The notes: generated by a model from the sequence alone, not told the origin. DNA of 64,000 bases from Octopus sinensis (GCF_006345805.1 NC_043003.1:96100001-96164000), one strand, 5' to 3'. Counted from the first letter of the stretch, positions 24,226 to 37,892 are shown. Numbers and translations: made by a program.

Positions 24226-25914
24226 CCCCACCACATGATGACTTGTGTTGGTTTGTTTATATTTCTGTAACTTAGTGGTTCAGCAAAAGAGACTGATGAA
24301 ATAAGTACCAGACTTTAAAAACAATAAGTACTGGGGTTGATTTGTTCAACTGACCCCTTTAAGGCAGTGTCCCAAAATAGCCACATCCCAATGACTGAAA
24401 TAAGTAAAAAGGTTAAAAAAAAAAAGGTAAAAAAAAAACCTTTGTTAAAAGATTGAATACAACTTTTTTCAGATTACGTTCAGAATTTTCATTTCTTTCT
24501 CAAAACAAGTAAAAAAAACCAACTTTTCTTTGAATTGTAGTGAGGTAGAAACAAGCTGTAATAAGCTAAGATTTCTGTCTCACTGGCATTCATATCCTTT
24601 TTTCACAAATCCTTTTTAGCAAGCAGCATAAACTAGAAGTAGAAGAAATCGAAATGTATGGAAAGGAATGTGTGCGGCAAAGTTTTTGATTTCTCTTTGC
24701 TCTTTAGGGTTTTAAATTAAATTTTTGCATAATTTTTAGTTTCTATCATTTCTTTTATACTTTTTTATACTAATTTTATTTCATTTATTTATATATATTA
24801 TTAAAATCATCATCATCATCATCATCATTATTTACTTGTATTCCTCAAATACTAGTTCTCCCTTTGGAATGAGACTAAGAAAACTTTCAGAGTATTGATT
24901 AGAGATCATATATGATGGAGACGTAAGTTAACAGTTGTTAAATTCACAGGAAGCAGTACATTAATATGAAGTTTGTACGTTTCATGTTGAATATTGCTGC
25001 TACTCTCTGTAACATCGGAGCAATTGGCAAGATTTCAAGAGAGAATGGCTTTTGTCATGCCCCCGACTTTTTTTTTTCTTGAAGCATAATGGGAATTCTA
25101 TTTGAAGTAAAGCCAGAATCTAATCTATCTTTGTGGCATTCATTTAACATAAAACACTTTATAAAATTGAAGAATTATTGGAGCTTAATGATAATAAATA
25201 TCTCTGTAACATGCAGTTTTGGAATATTTGAGATCTTATCTGTATTAAATGAATTAAAATTTACAAATAATTCCAGTTCTTTTCCTCTTATAAAGAAATG
25301 GTAATATTTCTTGATATTATCAATGTCACAATGGGAGAGAGGGGCTTGTCTGGAAAGACGGCTTCAATTCTCTTTTGCTTGTGATATGATAAATACACTA
25401 GCACACTCTTTGGTTAGCAACTGGAAGATTATCTAGGCATCAAATGCCATGGTATAAAGTAAGGTTAACTCATGGAATATTGGTATATAAAGCTGAGCAA
25501 TCTTAACCACTCGCTATGTTCTGAGTTCAAATTCCACCGAGGTCGACTTTGCCTTTCAATCTTTCAGGGTTGATAAATAAAGTACCAGTTTCACCCTGGG
25601 GTCGATGTAATCGACTTAATCCCTTTGTCTGTCCTTGTTTGTCCCCTCTATGTTTAGCCCCTTGTGGGTAGTAAAGAAATATATATGCTAAATCATATTA
25701 CTATCACCACCACCACCAACAACAACTACCAGCTCCACTACCACTGCTGTTGCTTCCACCATCACCACCACCACCACCACCACCACCATTACATTTTCAG
25801 AAAGTATTGAGTTGACATTAAAGAGTTTTAGGAATCCTAAAATCTAGATTACATGGAGGTAGATAAGTTATAAGGCTTGTTGCAGACCTCTGGGTGAAAA
25901 AAAAAAAGCCTTAT

Positions 25915-26078
25915 TATAAGGTGCATTCCAGAAGTTTTCAGACTTTTCAGGAGAGGCATTATTAATTTTGAATAAGTACGAAACTTGAATCTCCTTCAAA
26001 GGAAGATCTTCTTACTTCAAAGCATTGTTGGTGGGAACAAACACAGACACACAAATATATACACACACACATACATAT

Positions 26079-26127
<49 letters not shown>

Positions 26128-26690
26128 GTGTGTGTGTGTGTTTGTGTGTCTGTGTTTGTCTCCCCCAACGTCGCTTGACAACCGATGCTGGTGTGTTACG
26201 TCCTTGTAACTTAGTGGTTCGGCAAAAGAGACCGATAGGATAAGTACTAGGCTTACAAAGAATAAGTCCAGAAAACTGCAAATTTTCTCAACCAGCTCCG
26301 ATGTTCTGATGTTCCTCTCTCTTCCGCACCTCTCATTGTCTCTCACCTCCTCTCTACCACACTTGAACTGTTTGTTCCAGCGAGAAAGTTAATCCATAAG
26401 CCGTCTGGAGCATTTCATAAGTTTCTGTTGTGTTCTTGTCCAGTTTAACACAAAAACCTTTATTGCTTAGTGAACTTCCAACCATCCTGATTGTATTCTG
26501 CAAACTAGTCAGCTTTTATAAGCAGTGTTTAGCAGGGTATTTCAAAGTGCTGTTACAGCTGTCTCCTTCAATTTGGAATAAACAAAGTTGGCAGATGATC
26601 TTATTAGATGTACAGTTATAATATACTAAAATTGCAACAGTCTGCTTCTCCTAAAAATGTCTAAAAACTTCTGAAATCTACTTCATGTTA
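25915..26690 (-). mobile_element. Deleted mariner element interrupted by a family C SINE (~26015-26270)
   Basis: Imperfect TIRs (AAGGTGCATTCCAGAAGTTTTCAGAC / GTCTAAAAACTTCTGAAATCTACTTC). Minus-strand N-terminal remnant ...LDKNTTETYEMLQTAYG. Confidence 0.6.
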
Positions 26691-26696
26691 TTATTA

Positions 26697-27252
26697 TTAG
26701 GTTGTCTGGAAAGTTCATGCTGATTTATAGTAGCTTACGTTTCGATTTATTTTAGAACATAGTTGAGTCCATGAAATAGGATTTGACTACACCTCCATTT
26801 AGAGCACAGTTTAAGCTATCTTTTCGTGGAAGAAGGTTTATATTCCTATAACCTGTGTTAATTCTGTAACTCTTTAAAATGGAAGATAAGAAAGTTCATT
26901 TTCAGCACTTAATGCTTTGGGAACCAGACAAAAATTGCTGCAGCTCGGCTGGGATGTGTTACCCCACTATCCATATTCACCAGATATTGCTCCTTCAGAT
27001 TTCCACTTATTCAGAATAGTCTTAATGGTAAAAATTTCAATTCCTTGGATGACATAAAAAGATACCTTGATGAATTCTTTGCCATGAAACCACCTCAATT
27101 CTGGGAAGTGGGTATTTTCAAGTTAAAGGAAAGATGGAGATGCATTGTGCAACAAAATGGTTCATATTTGGTTGATTAAAAATGTAGTGGCAAGTATTTA
27201 TTGACCTTTTTCTTTCCTTTAAAAATCGGCATGAACTTTCCAGACAATCCAA
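26697..27252 (+). mobile_element. Internally deleted mariner (DD34D) with intact TIRs
   Basis: TA-TTAGGTTGTCTGGAAAGTTCATG ... CATGAACTTTCCAGACAATCCAA-TA. MEDKKVHFQHLMLW is joined to TRQKLLQLGWDVLPHYPYSPDIAPSDFHLF...ERWRCIVQQNGSY. Confidence 0.9.
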
Positions 27253-27929
27253 TATTATTGTTATTAAGGCAGTGAGTTAGAACAATTGTTAGTGTGTCAG
27301 GCAAAAACTTTAGCAACATTTCTCCCAGATATATATTTTCTGACCTCAAATCCTGCTGAGATCAACTTTACCTTTCATCCTTTCAGGGACAATAAAATAA
27401 AGTACCTGTCTAATACTGGGGGTTGAGGATATTTGCTAACTCCCTACCCTCAAAATTGCTGGCTTTATGCCAAAAACTTGAAATCATTGTTGTTGTTATG
27501 ATGATGATGATTGCTTGGTAATTGCTAGTTTGATTTGAAATTTGGCCAATCGTTAAGATACAAATTTAAAATGTTTTGTCTCTCCAATGATTTTTGGTTT
27601 TATTTCACTATTTTAATACCTGTTATTATATGATTATTTTATTTCATATTGCAACTTTCTTTAAGCTGGCAGAATAGTTAGCATGCTAGACAAAGTGCTT
27701 AGCAGCATTTTATCGATCATTATGTTCTGAGTTCAAATTCTGCCAAGGTCAGCTTTGCCTGAGCATTGGGGTCGATGTAATCAATTTACCCCACCCCACA
27801 AAACTTACTGGTCTTGCACCAAAATTTGAAACAAATATTGTAACTTTCATTCTGTAGAATTCAATAACATTTATTTATGATTGTGTGTGTGTGTGTTCTA
27901 TGTATTTAAAGAGTTTAATATTCATTTAG

Positions 27930-28054
27930 GTGCAGGAGTGGCTGTGTGGTAAGTAGCTGCGTGGCACCTTGGGCAAGTGTCTTCTATTATAGCCTCAAGC
28001 CAACCAAAGCCTTGTGAGTGGATTTGGTAGATGGAAACTGAAAGAAGCCTGTCG

Positions 28055-28088
<34 letters not shown>

Positions 28089-28300
28089 TATATATATGTA
28101 TATGTTTCTGTGTTTGTCCCCCAAACATTGCTTGACAACCGATGTTGGTGTGTTTACATCCCCGTCACTTAGCGGTTCAGCAAGAGAGGCCGATAGAATA
28201 AGTACTAGGCTTACAAAGAATAAGTCCTGGGATCGATTTGCTCGACTAAAGGTGGTGCTCCAGCATGGCCACAGTCAAATGACTGAAACAAATAAAAGAA
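27930..28300 (+). mobile_element. SINE family C copy (head partly deleted)
   Basis: Homology to 16153-16545. Confidence 0.8.
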
Positions 28301-29584
28301 AAGAAAGAAATTTGGCCAAAGTCTGAAGTGTTCAGGACCATTATTGATTGAATCTGTCATTGAACACTGTCATTGAAAAATTTCTCAGAGATACTTTCTG
28401 CATCTAAAACATAATGGAGTGTAAGCTACCTGACATGAGCCAAAAATAATTTTTAATGAACTGAAATTACATCATAATAGGAGAAAAAAAAATCATTAGT
28501 ATTATTAACAATCTATATCAAAGAAAGCAAAGAAGAAAATGGTGAAACTTAAACTGATTAGAAATGAAGTACTAACATGGGGGAAGTTTTATCTTTGGTA
28601 GGTACTGTGACAACTTCAAGCATGTTTCAGACTTGTTAAGTAGACCTCATCAGCAAAGTTTTTCTAAGCTCTAGAAAAGTGTTAGAGTCCACTTCAGTGG
28701 AAGGTTTCCCTATTTAGGAGCAATTAGTACACTTTTCTCTGAATTCTTGGATTATTTTCTTTCTTAAGTTTGATAAGGCGAATCTCTTTTGAAATATAGT
28801 ATAAAATAATACAATATCTTCTCTTTGTTTTTATTTATTGTCATTACCTTATGTGTTTTGCCTTACTTCTCTGCTTCATTGTTTAAAGGCTTTTTTTAAA
28901 ACATTTATAGCAAAAGACTCCTCAGTTTCTACCATTTTATTATTCAAGTTATTTAGTTCACTAACTTTGTCACAACTGTCATCACGGACCCCAGTGGAGC
29001 TTTGTATTTTTAGCATTGAATGGTTATGAATTTAGGATCTAAATTAGGCATGTTTCCAAAAGAAATGCCATACAAATATTAATATCGTTTTTTTTTTGTT
29101 TAAAATATTACTTAGATGTGCTCTGAATGAACCATGTACTGACTAAATTTTATTGATGTATACTAGATATGAGCAGTTATAATCAATAGTGAATTAATAT
29201 TTGAGTGTGGGAAGGCTGGTAGACATAACAATGTTGGAGTAGATGCTGTATGTTGTTACTTTGCCCCAGGTTAATCCTGACTGAGCAGACATATGATCAA
29301 AGATATTCTGGCTGTAATTACTTTGACTTCTTTTAGGAGTATCTACATTTACATTATCCCATGTATTTCTTCCTTATTTTAAACAATAGGGTGTGGTTTT
29401 GAGAGAGAGTTTTGGCATATATTTTTCCAGCAGCTCAAGCAACCACATTAACATGTCTCATTGGCTTATGATACTGTATGATATTTAGTTTGATGTATTA
29501 AACATCTATAGTTTAATACATAGACTGTTAATGTTGATTCAGTGTTTTTATTCCCTCTGGGAGTTGGTAAAATAAGTATTAATA

Positions 29585-29678
29585 TAATATAATATGATAT
29601 GATTTGCTATGATATATGATATGATATGATATATGATATGATATGATATGATATATGATGTGATGTGATGTGATGTGT
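29585..29678. repeat. (ATATG)n to (ATGTG)n pentanucleotide repeat
   Basis: Read directly. Confidence 0.9.
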
Positions 29679-31414
29679 ATAAACTTGAAGTCATGTAGTT
29701 AGTTATTACGTCAAAATTAGTGAAAATGTAGATAGGCACCTAAGTTTTGAGTTACTGTGTATTGGAGAAATATCCGTTGTCTGTAGATCAATGTAAATCA
29801 TGGCATATACTAGAAAATTATGGTTTTGAGATTTTGTTATTGTCCACTGGGAAGGAATATAGTTTACTGTGCTAGACTCCATATATTGCTTTAATTACAT
29901 TAGTACTTATTTCTAAATAAACCTGGTTTTATTCCACAAATTTTTAACCCCACCTCTACCTTCAAAATAAAAAAGAAGAAAAAAAACAATAAACAAACCG
30001 AAAACTGGAAAAAAAAAAAAAAAGAAAATTTCAAGGAGTTGCTTTGATTGTTATCTTCAAATAACAACTGAAATCATTACTTTTCTAGATCAAATGCCTC
30101 AATTGCTTGTTTGAATCTCATGGTGTGACTTTCCTTATCTAAAGATAAATGGTTATCTATGCTGTAACCAATCTGATTCAGTTCAGTAAAATGTACAGAA
30201 ATGCAGATAAATTTGCACCACCACTACCAACAACAATAATAATAATTCTTTCTATTATAAACATAAAACCTAAAATTTAGGAAGTGAGTAGGGTTAGTTG
30301 ATTACATTAACCCCAGTGCTTGGCTGGTACTTATTTCATTGACCCCCAAAAGAATGAAAAGCAAAGTTAATCTCAGTGGAATTTGAACTCTGAACATAAA
30401 GCTAGAAGTAATTCCAGTGAATATTTTATCTGGTATGTTAATGAACCTACTTGCTCTAACATTGGCAGTTGCTTACTAATTTTGGTAGAAGAACCAAATT
30501 TCAAAAGCTAACTGCTAGTTAGTTATTTTGTGAATCCGGAGGGATGAAAGTCAAAACTTTTTGAAAGATATAAGCTGGGAGGATATAAACTTAGAATAAC
30601 ACAAAAGGATACAAACAATGTTGCAAAGTGTTTTGGTCTGATGTACTTCCAGTTTTGAGTCATCCGCCAATCCCCAATGCTAAACAACAGAAAATATAAT
30701 AGATAAAAAGAGAAAAAAATGCAATCAATGCTACCACTGTCAGGCTCCTAGATGTGGTTAGGGTACTGTGCTAATGTATTAGTCAATCATTTGGTGATTT
30801 GCGTATAGATATTTAGTGCAGCTCTCTTGCACCAAATGCAAACAACCAGTACACCAGATGCAAGCAAGCAAATCATCAGATGCAAGAAGCCAAGCCCATT
30901 GATATCATCATCATCATGATTATTATCATTGTCTTAACATCTGCTTTTTTTCTTTTGGAATGTTTGCATGAGTTGGGCAGAGTTTTTTTCCAAACAATGT
31001 GACATTTCTCATGGCCAGATAAGGTTTTTGTAGAATATCAGAAATGAGCAAACATTACTCTTATGACAGTGTTTTTTTGTTTAAAACATTACTTAGATGT
31101 GCTTTAAATGAACATCTACTGGTTATGTTTTATTAATGTGAAGTTGACATGGACAGTTGTAATTGCTTGATATCACTTCACCAAGCCCAGTAAAACAGGC
31201 AGCCAATCCAGTTATATATACATCAAGTTTAGTAGCTCTAGAGAACTTGAATTAATGCTTTGCATACTATAAGTGTTCAACATTTTATTTATCATCAGGG
31301 GTGTCATAAATGTTGAATGATAGCTAGAAAACTATTATCATGTACGGCTAAATTGGGGTTCCTCCAAAATTCGCTTGAATAACAGTACTTAATATGGTGG
31401 AAGCATAGCATGGA

Positions 31415-31735
31415 GATCAAGGAGTCTCTCCAGGTTGAACTTATGTTTCTCTGTATTGAGAGATCACAGCTCCAGTTCTATGGATGAGTGATTAGAATAT
31501 CACAAGAAAGAATTGCAAGACAGATTCTTTAAGCTGAGACAACTGACAGGAGACCTAGGGGTAGGACAAGAATGAGATGGTTGGATGATATTCATTGTCT
31601 CAGTTGGTCATATTTAGGTATCCAGCTGGAAAATCTAATGACAGTTGCTTCTGATTTGGTATCTATTGAAGGAGGTGCCTGAGGACTCTACTCCCATCAC
31701 CCTCCAGGAATAGTGGGTGGAGATGGAAGGATAAA
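31415..31735 (+). mobile_element. RTE-clade LINE 3' fragment (distinct from the 8-10 kb family)
   Basis: IKESLQVE..FLCIERSQLQFYG*VIRISQERIARQIL*AETTDRRPRGRTRMRWLDDI, the RTE C-terminal GRP.RW motif. Confidence 0.75.
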
Positions 31736-32189
31736 TCAGGGTAGATCAGAGGCTTATCAACAAGAAACCCAATCCATACAGTATCAAAGTGTGATATATG
31801 TAAATCTACACAGTAGACATACAAATGTCAAATTTATGTGTGAGTGTGTGTGTAACTTTGTATCTGTGTTTGTCCCTCCCCCATCACCATTTGACAACCG
31901 ATGTTGGGGTGTTTATGTCCCCATAACTTAGTGGTTCTGCAAAAGAAACCAATAAAATAAGTCCTGGGGTCGATTTCTTTGGCTAAAATCCTTTAAGGTA
32001 GTGCTCCAGCATGGCCACAGTCAAATGACTGAAACAAATAAAAGAATAATAGAATATAGTGCACTTAGGCATTGCCTTTTGGACACACTTTTATATATAC
32101 ATCAGCAATAACTTTCTCACTGGTAATGTTTTCCCTGTATATTGCAAAAATGTTTTTTTCCCCCAAATAAATTGCACTTCAAATTTGAG

Positions 32190-32268
32190 GCTCTGATGAA
32201 GCTATAATAAGTTATTCAGGCACTCAACTAAGAGTCCACTGCATTTTATAGTAGAAACAGCTGTAAGC
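32190..32268 (+). ncRNA. Type I hammerhead ribozyme
   Basis: GCU-CUGAUGA-A-GCUAUAA...UUAUAGU-A-GAAAC-AGCUGU-A^AGC. Palindromic ACAGCUGU stem III. Confidence 0.7.
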
Positions 32269-33849
32269 TAATGAAGTTAATAACATAACATAACCATTGT
32301 TTTTCCTGTGCCATCTCTTTTCCATGTATATGCATGTGTGTGATGGGCTTCTTTCAGTTTTCATTTACAAAATCCACTCACTAGACTGTGGTCAGACCAG
32401 AGCCACAAAAGAAAACACTTGTTCAAGGTACCCTGCAGTGGGACTGAACCTGAAACTAGGCTGCTGGGAAGCAAGTTTCTCAACCACACATGTCTATATG
32501 TAGCTGATACAGAGCAAATTTATTTAAAAGCTCTCAAGTTTATGTGCCCTCAATAATTCAATGCAGAGATATTTTGGTGGCTGGGAAAAATCCTCATTTC
32601 TGAATATTTTTTATATAGATAGTCTGTTCAAAATTAATTCGGGAAGACACTGGACAAAGTATTGAAGGCTAATCTCATAATGATCTCCTTACAAAGAAGA
32701 TGACAGAAGGCCGAGATATGTGGCTCATCGCTGTTCCCAAGAAAACCTGTCTGCCACAATAGAATTGCGATCCTAAAATTAAGGTGCCATGTAAAATGCA
32801 TTGTTGTGAGTGCTAGTACCATGTAAAAAGCACAGTTGCTGGTACCAAATATAAAAAAAAAACACTGGTGATGGTGCCATGTAAAAAAAAAACCCAGTAC
32901 ACTCAGTAAAGTGGTTGCTGTTAGGAAGGGCTTCCAGCTATTGAAACTAAGCCAAAACAGATTGTGGAACCTATGTGCCCCCTGGCCTTTCTAGTTCCTG
33001 TCAAGTGGTACAGACCGTGCCAGCATAGAAAATAGACATTAAATGCTGATGATGATGATATTTCTCTTGGGGTATTGATTTGTATTCTATGTTTCTCTTT
33101 TATTCTTTTACTATATTGTAGTCATGTATAATGAATACATTATGAATTAACAGCTTAATGAACAAAATTCAAGGTCAACTATTGACTGAAATATTAATCA
33201 AGTATTTATTAAGAACTGCAGTTGACCAAGACCTTTGGCATTATATGATGCTTGAGAAGAAGGCCCATCAAGCTGGGCAAAATTACAGTTGTGGCAGATA
33301 CTAGTGTCATGCAAACAGCACCCATGCCAGTTGCATGTAAAAGCACCCCGGTATCGCACAAAAGACATCCATGCCAGTGGTATGTAAAAGCACCCATTAC
33401 ATTCTCAGAATGGTTGGTGTTAGGAAAGGCACCCAACTGTAGAAAACCGTGCCAAATCAGACTGGAGTCTGATGCAGCCTTCCAACATGCCAGCCTGGTC
33501 AAACCGTCCAACCCATGCCAGAATGGACAACGAATGTTAAATGATGATGATGATGATTTTAAATGCACAAATGGGGAACAGACACAGAAGGTTACCACAT
33601 CAGTGCATTGACTATGAAGTGCTGTTAATGTGATACTGGAACATCATATATACTTAGTGAGTACAGTAATGGCTATCTCTCCATTGCAAACTGTTGGTTG
33701 ACACTTTCTTTATTCAAATTCCTATTGCCAAAGACTAGCATCATGTTTGAAACTCAGAATATCAAGGAGTCTGAATCAAATTGTTTTGATCCATAAATGT
33801 AACTCCCAATAAATGTGTTGAGTGCCCTTCTTTCGTTCGTCTACTCACT

Positions 33850-33884
<35 letters not shown>

Positions 33885-33887
<3 letters not shown>

Positions 33888-34242
33888 GGTCCCGGGTTGA
33901 GTCGGGGTTAACCACAGTAAATAAGGTACTCAATACATAGCAGAGTAAATTAATTTATTATATAGAAGGAGCTTCTACAGGACTAGAACTGTTTCATTCA
34001 AAAGAAATCATCAGGAAGCTAGTAGACAAGAGTTGTTTTGGCATTTATACATTTAGGCAGGTTTAAATGGGTGGTCGTGGGGGACTTTTTTGGGGGTAGG
34101 CATGGCGCAAAACTGTCATTATTAGGGGAGTGGTCAAAGGAATCGGTGGTAAAGTAGATAAAAGAATAAATAAAAGAATAAAAGAATAAATAGAAAAATA
34201 GAGTTTTAGGTAAGTAAGGAGACTCTCACTTGTACATCTACG
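33885..34242 (-). mobile_element. (TA)n-flanked solo PLE pLTR / retrozyme-like unit
   Basis: ~360 bp of unique sequence between two (TA)n arrays, containing a complete HHR fold. Confidence 0.7.
33970..34020 (-). ncRNA. Type I hammerhead ribozyme (monomer-competent)
   Basis: AGCUUC-CUGAUGA-UUUC(UUUU)GAAU-GAAAC-AG(UUCUAGUC)CUGU-A^GAAGCU. 6-bp stem I and 4-bp stem III with an 8-nt loop. Confidence 0.8.
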
Positions 34243-34371
34243 TATATATATATATATATATACACCCACATATTCACATATTATACATATACATACATAC
34301 CCATATATACATACATATATACATATACATACATACACATACATATATATATATATACATATATATACATA

Positions 34372-34597
34372 TATACGAGATGGGGCCAGGCGATGCTGGC
34401 AACGGACACGAACGGATGGTGCTTTTACGTGCCACCGACACGGGGCCAGACAGAGCTGGCAAACGGCCACGAACGGACGGTGCTTTTATGTGTCACTGGC
34501 ACGGGGGCCAGCCGAGGCTGGCAACGGACGCGAACGGATGGTGCTTTTACGTGCCACCGACATGGTTGCCAGACAGAGCTGGCAAACGGCCACGAGA
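34372..34597. repeat. Isolated tandem ~60-bp repeats of the RTE 3' UTR type, embedded in TA arrays
   Basis: Repeating ...CGGATGGTGCTTTTACGTGCCACCGAC... units, also seen at 9060-9200 and 45400-45550. Confidence 0.7.
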
Positions 34598-34840
34598 TAT
34601 ATATACATATACATATATATATATACATATATATATATACATATACATATATACATATACATATATATATATACATATACATATATATATATACATATAC
34701 ATATATATATACATATATATATATACATATACATATATATACATACATATACATATATATACATACATATACATATATATACATACATATATATATATAC
34801 ATACATATATATATATACATACATATATATATATACATAC

Positions 34841-34871
<31 letters not shown>

Positions 34872-35007
34872 CATATATATATATATACATATATAGAAAT
34901 TCGGGGTGAGTACTTGATAATTATAAGCACCTGTGTATACCGTTTGGTGGTGTAGGTGGTGGAGTAAATTGATCAAAATAAAATAAAAACATGATGCGAA
35001 GGATTCA

Positions 35008-35085
35008 GCGGTACATATGTTTCGGGCCTTTATTAGACAGATTTATAACAATGCATAATGTATGTCTGTGGCCTTCTTCAGCCGC
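35008..35085 (-). ncRNA. Type I hammerhead ribozyme
   Basis: GCGG-CUGAAGA-A-GGCC-ACAGA...UCUGU...GGCC-C-GAAAC-AUAUGU-A^CCGC. Palindromic ACAUAUGU stem III. Confidence 0.8.
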
Positions 35086-37031
35086 GCACAACAGCTTCCA
35101 CAAGGACATGTGTTACATCAAAAATCCTTGGTTGGGGATGCAAATCCTCTCATTCACGTACGACATAATGCGGCAGCAGCATAGAATTGAAGCGTCCATC
35201 TCTTTCTTCTCTCAATGTAGAATGAGGAAAATTGGATGTTGAGGTAATGTAAATAAATAAATACATATATAGAGGTGAAGATGGAGGGGCGAGAGTTCGG
35301 GACGAGGGATAAAAAATGTATAAAAAGTGTAAGTATAGAATAATATAAAAACGTAGAGGATAAAGATATAAAGAGTTGTAAGGAGATGTAAAGGGGGTAT
35401 AAAGAAATATAAAGAAATATAAATAAATGTAAAGGCATAAGGTTATAAAGTAAAAATAGAAATAGAAATAAAAGTAAAAAACCTGATAAAACCATGATAA
35501 AAGTGTAAAAGAATGTAAAGATAAGGGATGTATAGAGGTTACGGACCAAGCATGGTGGTCAGGAGATTGATAAAATTTAGTTGTAGAATTGTCAGTAAAT
35601 CAACAGTTTCGTCTGGGGACTTAATGCGTTGTAAATCAGAGCTGATGAGCATTTAATCTGGTTCCTTGAATTAAATGGACTTCTAGTACATACATATCAT
35701 CATGGATACATACACCCACATACACGCGTACATATACGCCTCCAAGCCTATAAGCATACACACGCACTCGCGCGTAAACACGTACATAAACACGCACGCG
35801 CGTACACACACATACATACAACAGAATATCCGCATATATACACGGACATTACGCGCGTACACGCTCACATGTATATACGCGCGCCCATCACTACATACAC
35901 ACACGTATATGCCCACGCCTCTAGGTCCAGGTATAAGATATTAAAGGATGTGTATAAGAACGTAAGTAAAGAATCCCGTACTCATGTCAACATGCGCACG
36001 CACACACGGCTGTGTGTCCGTATGTGCGTGCACATATACACTCATATACGCACACAGAGAGACACACGCGCACACGGGTATAGCTATAAGATATCGAAGT
36101 ATGCATGTACATATATGCGCGTGCATATGTATGTGTGCGTACACACACGTACGCGGACGCTCGTATATTCAAAAGGTGGATCCATAGGTAAGTAAATAAA
36201 CATATATAGAGGTGTAAAGCGATAAGTTAGGGGTAAGAATGAGGGTAAGGGTAAAGATTAGAAATAAAAAATACAGTATAAAATAAGGAATACAATGTAA
36301 TAGTTAGAAATGAAGTATAAGAATTATAAAAATTATAAGAGTTAAGGTAAGGGATGAAAATGAAAATGAGACTAAATGGAAGTAGAATAAAAGTAAGAAT
36401 AAAATTAAAAATAAAAATAAATGGAAGTAGGATAAAAGTAAAAATAAAAGTAAAAATAAAAATAAAATAAAATAAGATAAAATAAGATAAATAAAATAAA
36501 AATAAAATAAAATTAAAATAAAATAAAAAAAGATAAAAATATAATTTTGTAAAGTTTAACATGAGATGAAGGTGGTTGAAAGTTAGAGGTGTGTGTTAAA
36601 CGTAGGGGCGGGCGGGGGGAACTGAAAATTGGAAGGGTGGGAAGTGGAGTTTGGCGGTGTGCGTTCAACATCTGAGTTAGAAATGTGAAAGGGTATAGAT
36701 GTAGGGAATTAAAGAGACTACATAGGGAGGATATGGGTGTAGGAGAAGAAATATTTAGGGAAAAGAAGTCATATATGGGAGACAAAATTTGTATATATAG
36801 GGGAAAATGCAGGGAACCGTATATGCACATACACACACCCACACACACACACACACACACGCACATGTATATATATATGTATGTGTACACATACGTACAC
36901 GTATGTGCACATACATACGCACACACACACACACACACACATACACACGCACATATAGGAAAGCGGGATGTGCTGGAGCCGACAGGTTGCACCGGGTGGG
37001 AGGAAATTGCATGGGGGAGTTGGTATAAGAC

Positions 37032-37789
37032 CTAAGCATTGTAGTATTTGAAAGTATTAATAAGTTTATGTATACAGGATGGTTTGAACTCTGACCTTTT
37101 GTTAATAAGATTGTGTTTGTCTTTGAATTTCAAGATGTTCAGGAGTTCTACACAGCATAGTTGGCATCCTGCTCTATTATTTAAATAAGGTGCAGCTGAT
37201 CCGATGATGGACCATCTGAGTTTGAAGTCTATGCATTTGTCTTTTAATTCCCAAATTCTTTTAGAGAGGGAGGTGCTGTTAGCCTTATGTCTGTGTCTCA
37301 GCGAGGACCGGTGGTTGTAGTATCTGGATTTCCAGGTGGTTGAGCAACCAATATAGGTGAGTGTGTTAAACTGAGTACTCACCTCACATGAGTATATTAC
37401 GTTTTTCGCCCTACATGCGCCCTGCAGCGGGCACTCTGATGCACATCTGCAGTTGCATTGCATTGCATTATTCGGTCGTGTGCTGCTAATCCCAGGCGGA
37501 GGTGTTGCAATACGAGTGGGGGCGTTGGTATCCTCCTGGTTGTTGATGGGTGTAGTATTTCCTCTGTTGTGTTGGCGGGTGTTATTACTAATTGTTGGGT
37601 AGTATGGCTGCCAGTCTGGTTATATTGTCTACTGTCTAGATGAGGGGGGTTCTGTTGGTCGCTATGGTTTGCTCTTGATCTAGCTGTTCTAATATTAATA
37701 TAGTTATGTTTAGCTATGAGGCAGCTCATGTTGGGCAGGGTAGAGTAGGAAATCCTAATAGTTTTGTTGGAGAAGATACTTATATACTT
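37032..37789 (-). pseudogene. PLE linker plus GIY-YIG endonuclease, one frameshift
   Basis: KYISIFSNKTIRISYSTLPNMSCLIAKHN ... CNCRCASECPLQGACRAKNVIYSCEV...YIG...WKSRYYNH...STSLSKRIWELK...CQLCCVE...LINKRSEFKPSCIH. Frames are offset by an (ATGCA)3 run at ~37454-37468. Confidence 0.9.
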
Positions 37790-37892
37790 GTATACTATAT
37801 ATACTTCTATACTATATATATATACATATATATTATTAGTGAATTGAAGAAATGGAGTTGAACGAAGATTGAACAGAATTCCTTTTATTGCA

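Larger units (their letters stand above)
34895..37790 (-). mobile_element. 5'-truncated Penelope-like element 1 (linker, GIY-YIG EN, ~2-kb 3' region, HHR)
   Basis: Flanked by (TA)n. Carries a PLE linker/EN translation and an HHR near its 3' end. Confidence 0.85.

Noticed and set aside
35600-35690. CTGATGA followed by a CATTTAAT/ATTAAATG hairpin within PLE1
   Set aside because: No GAAA after the stem and no stems I or III.
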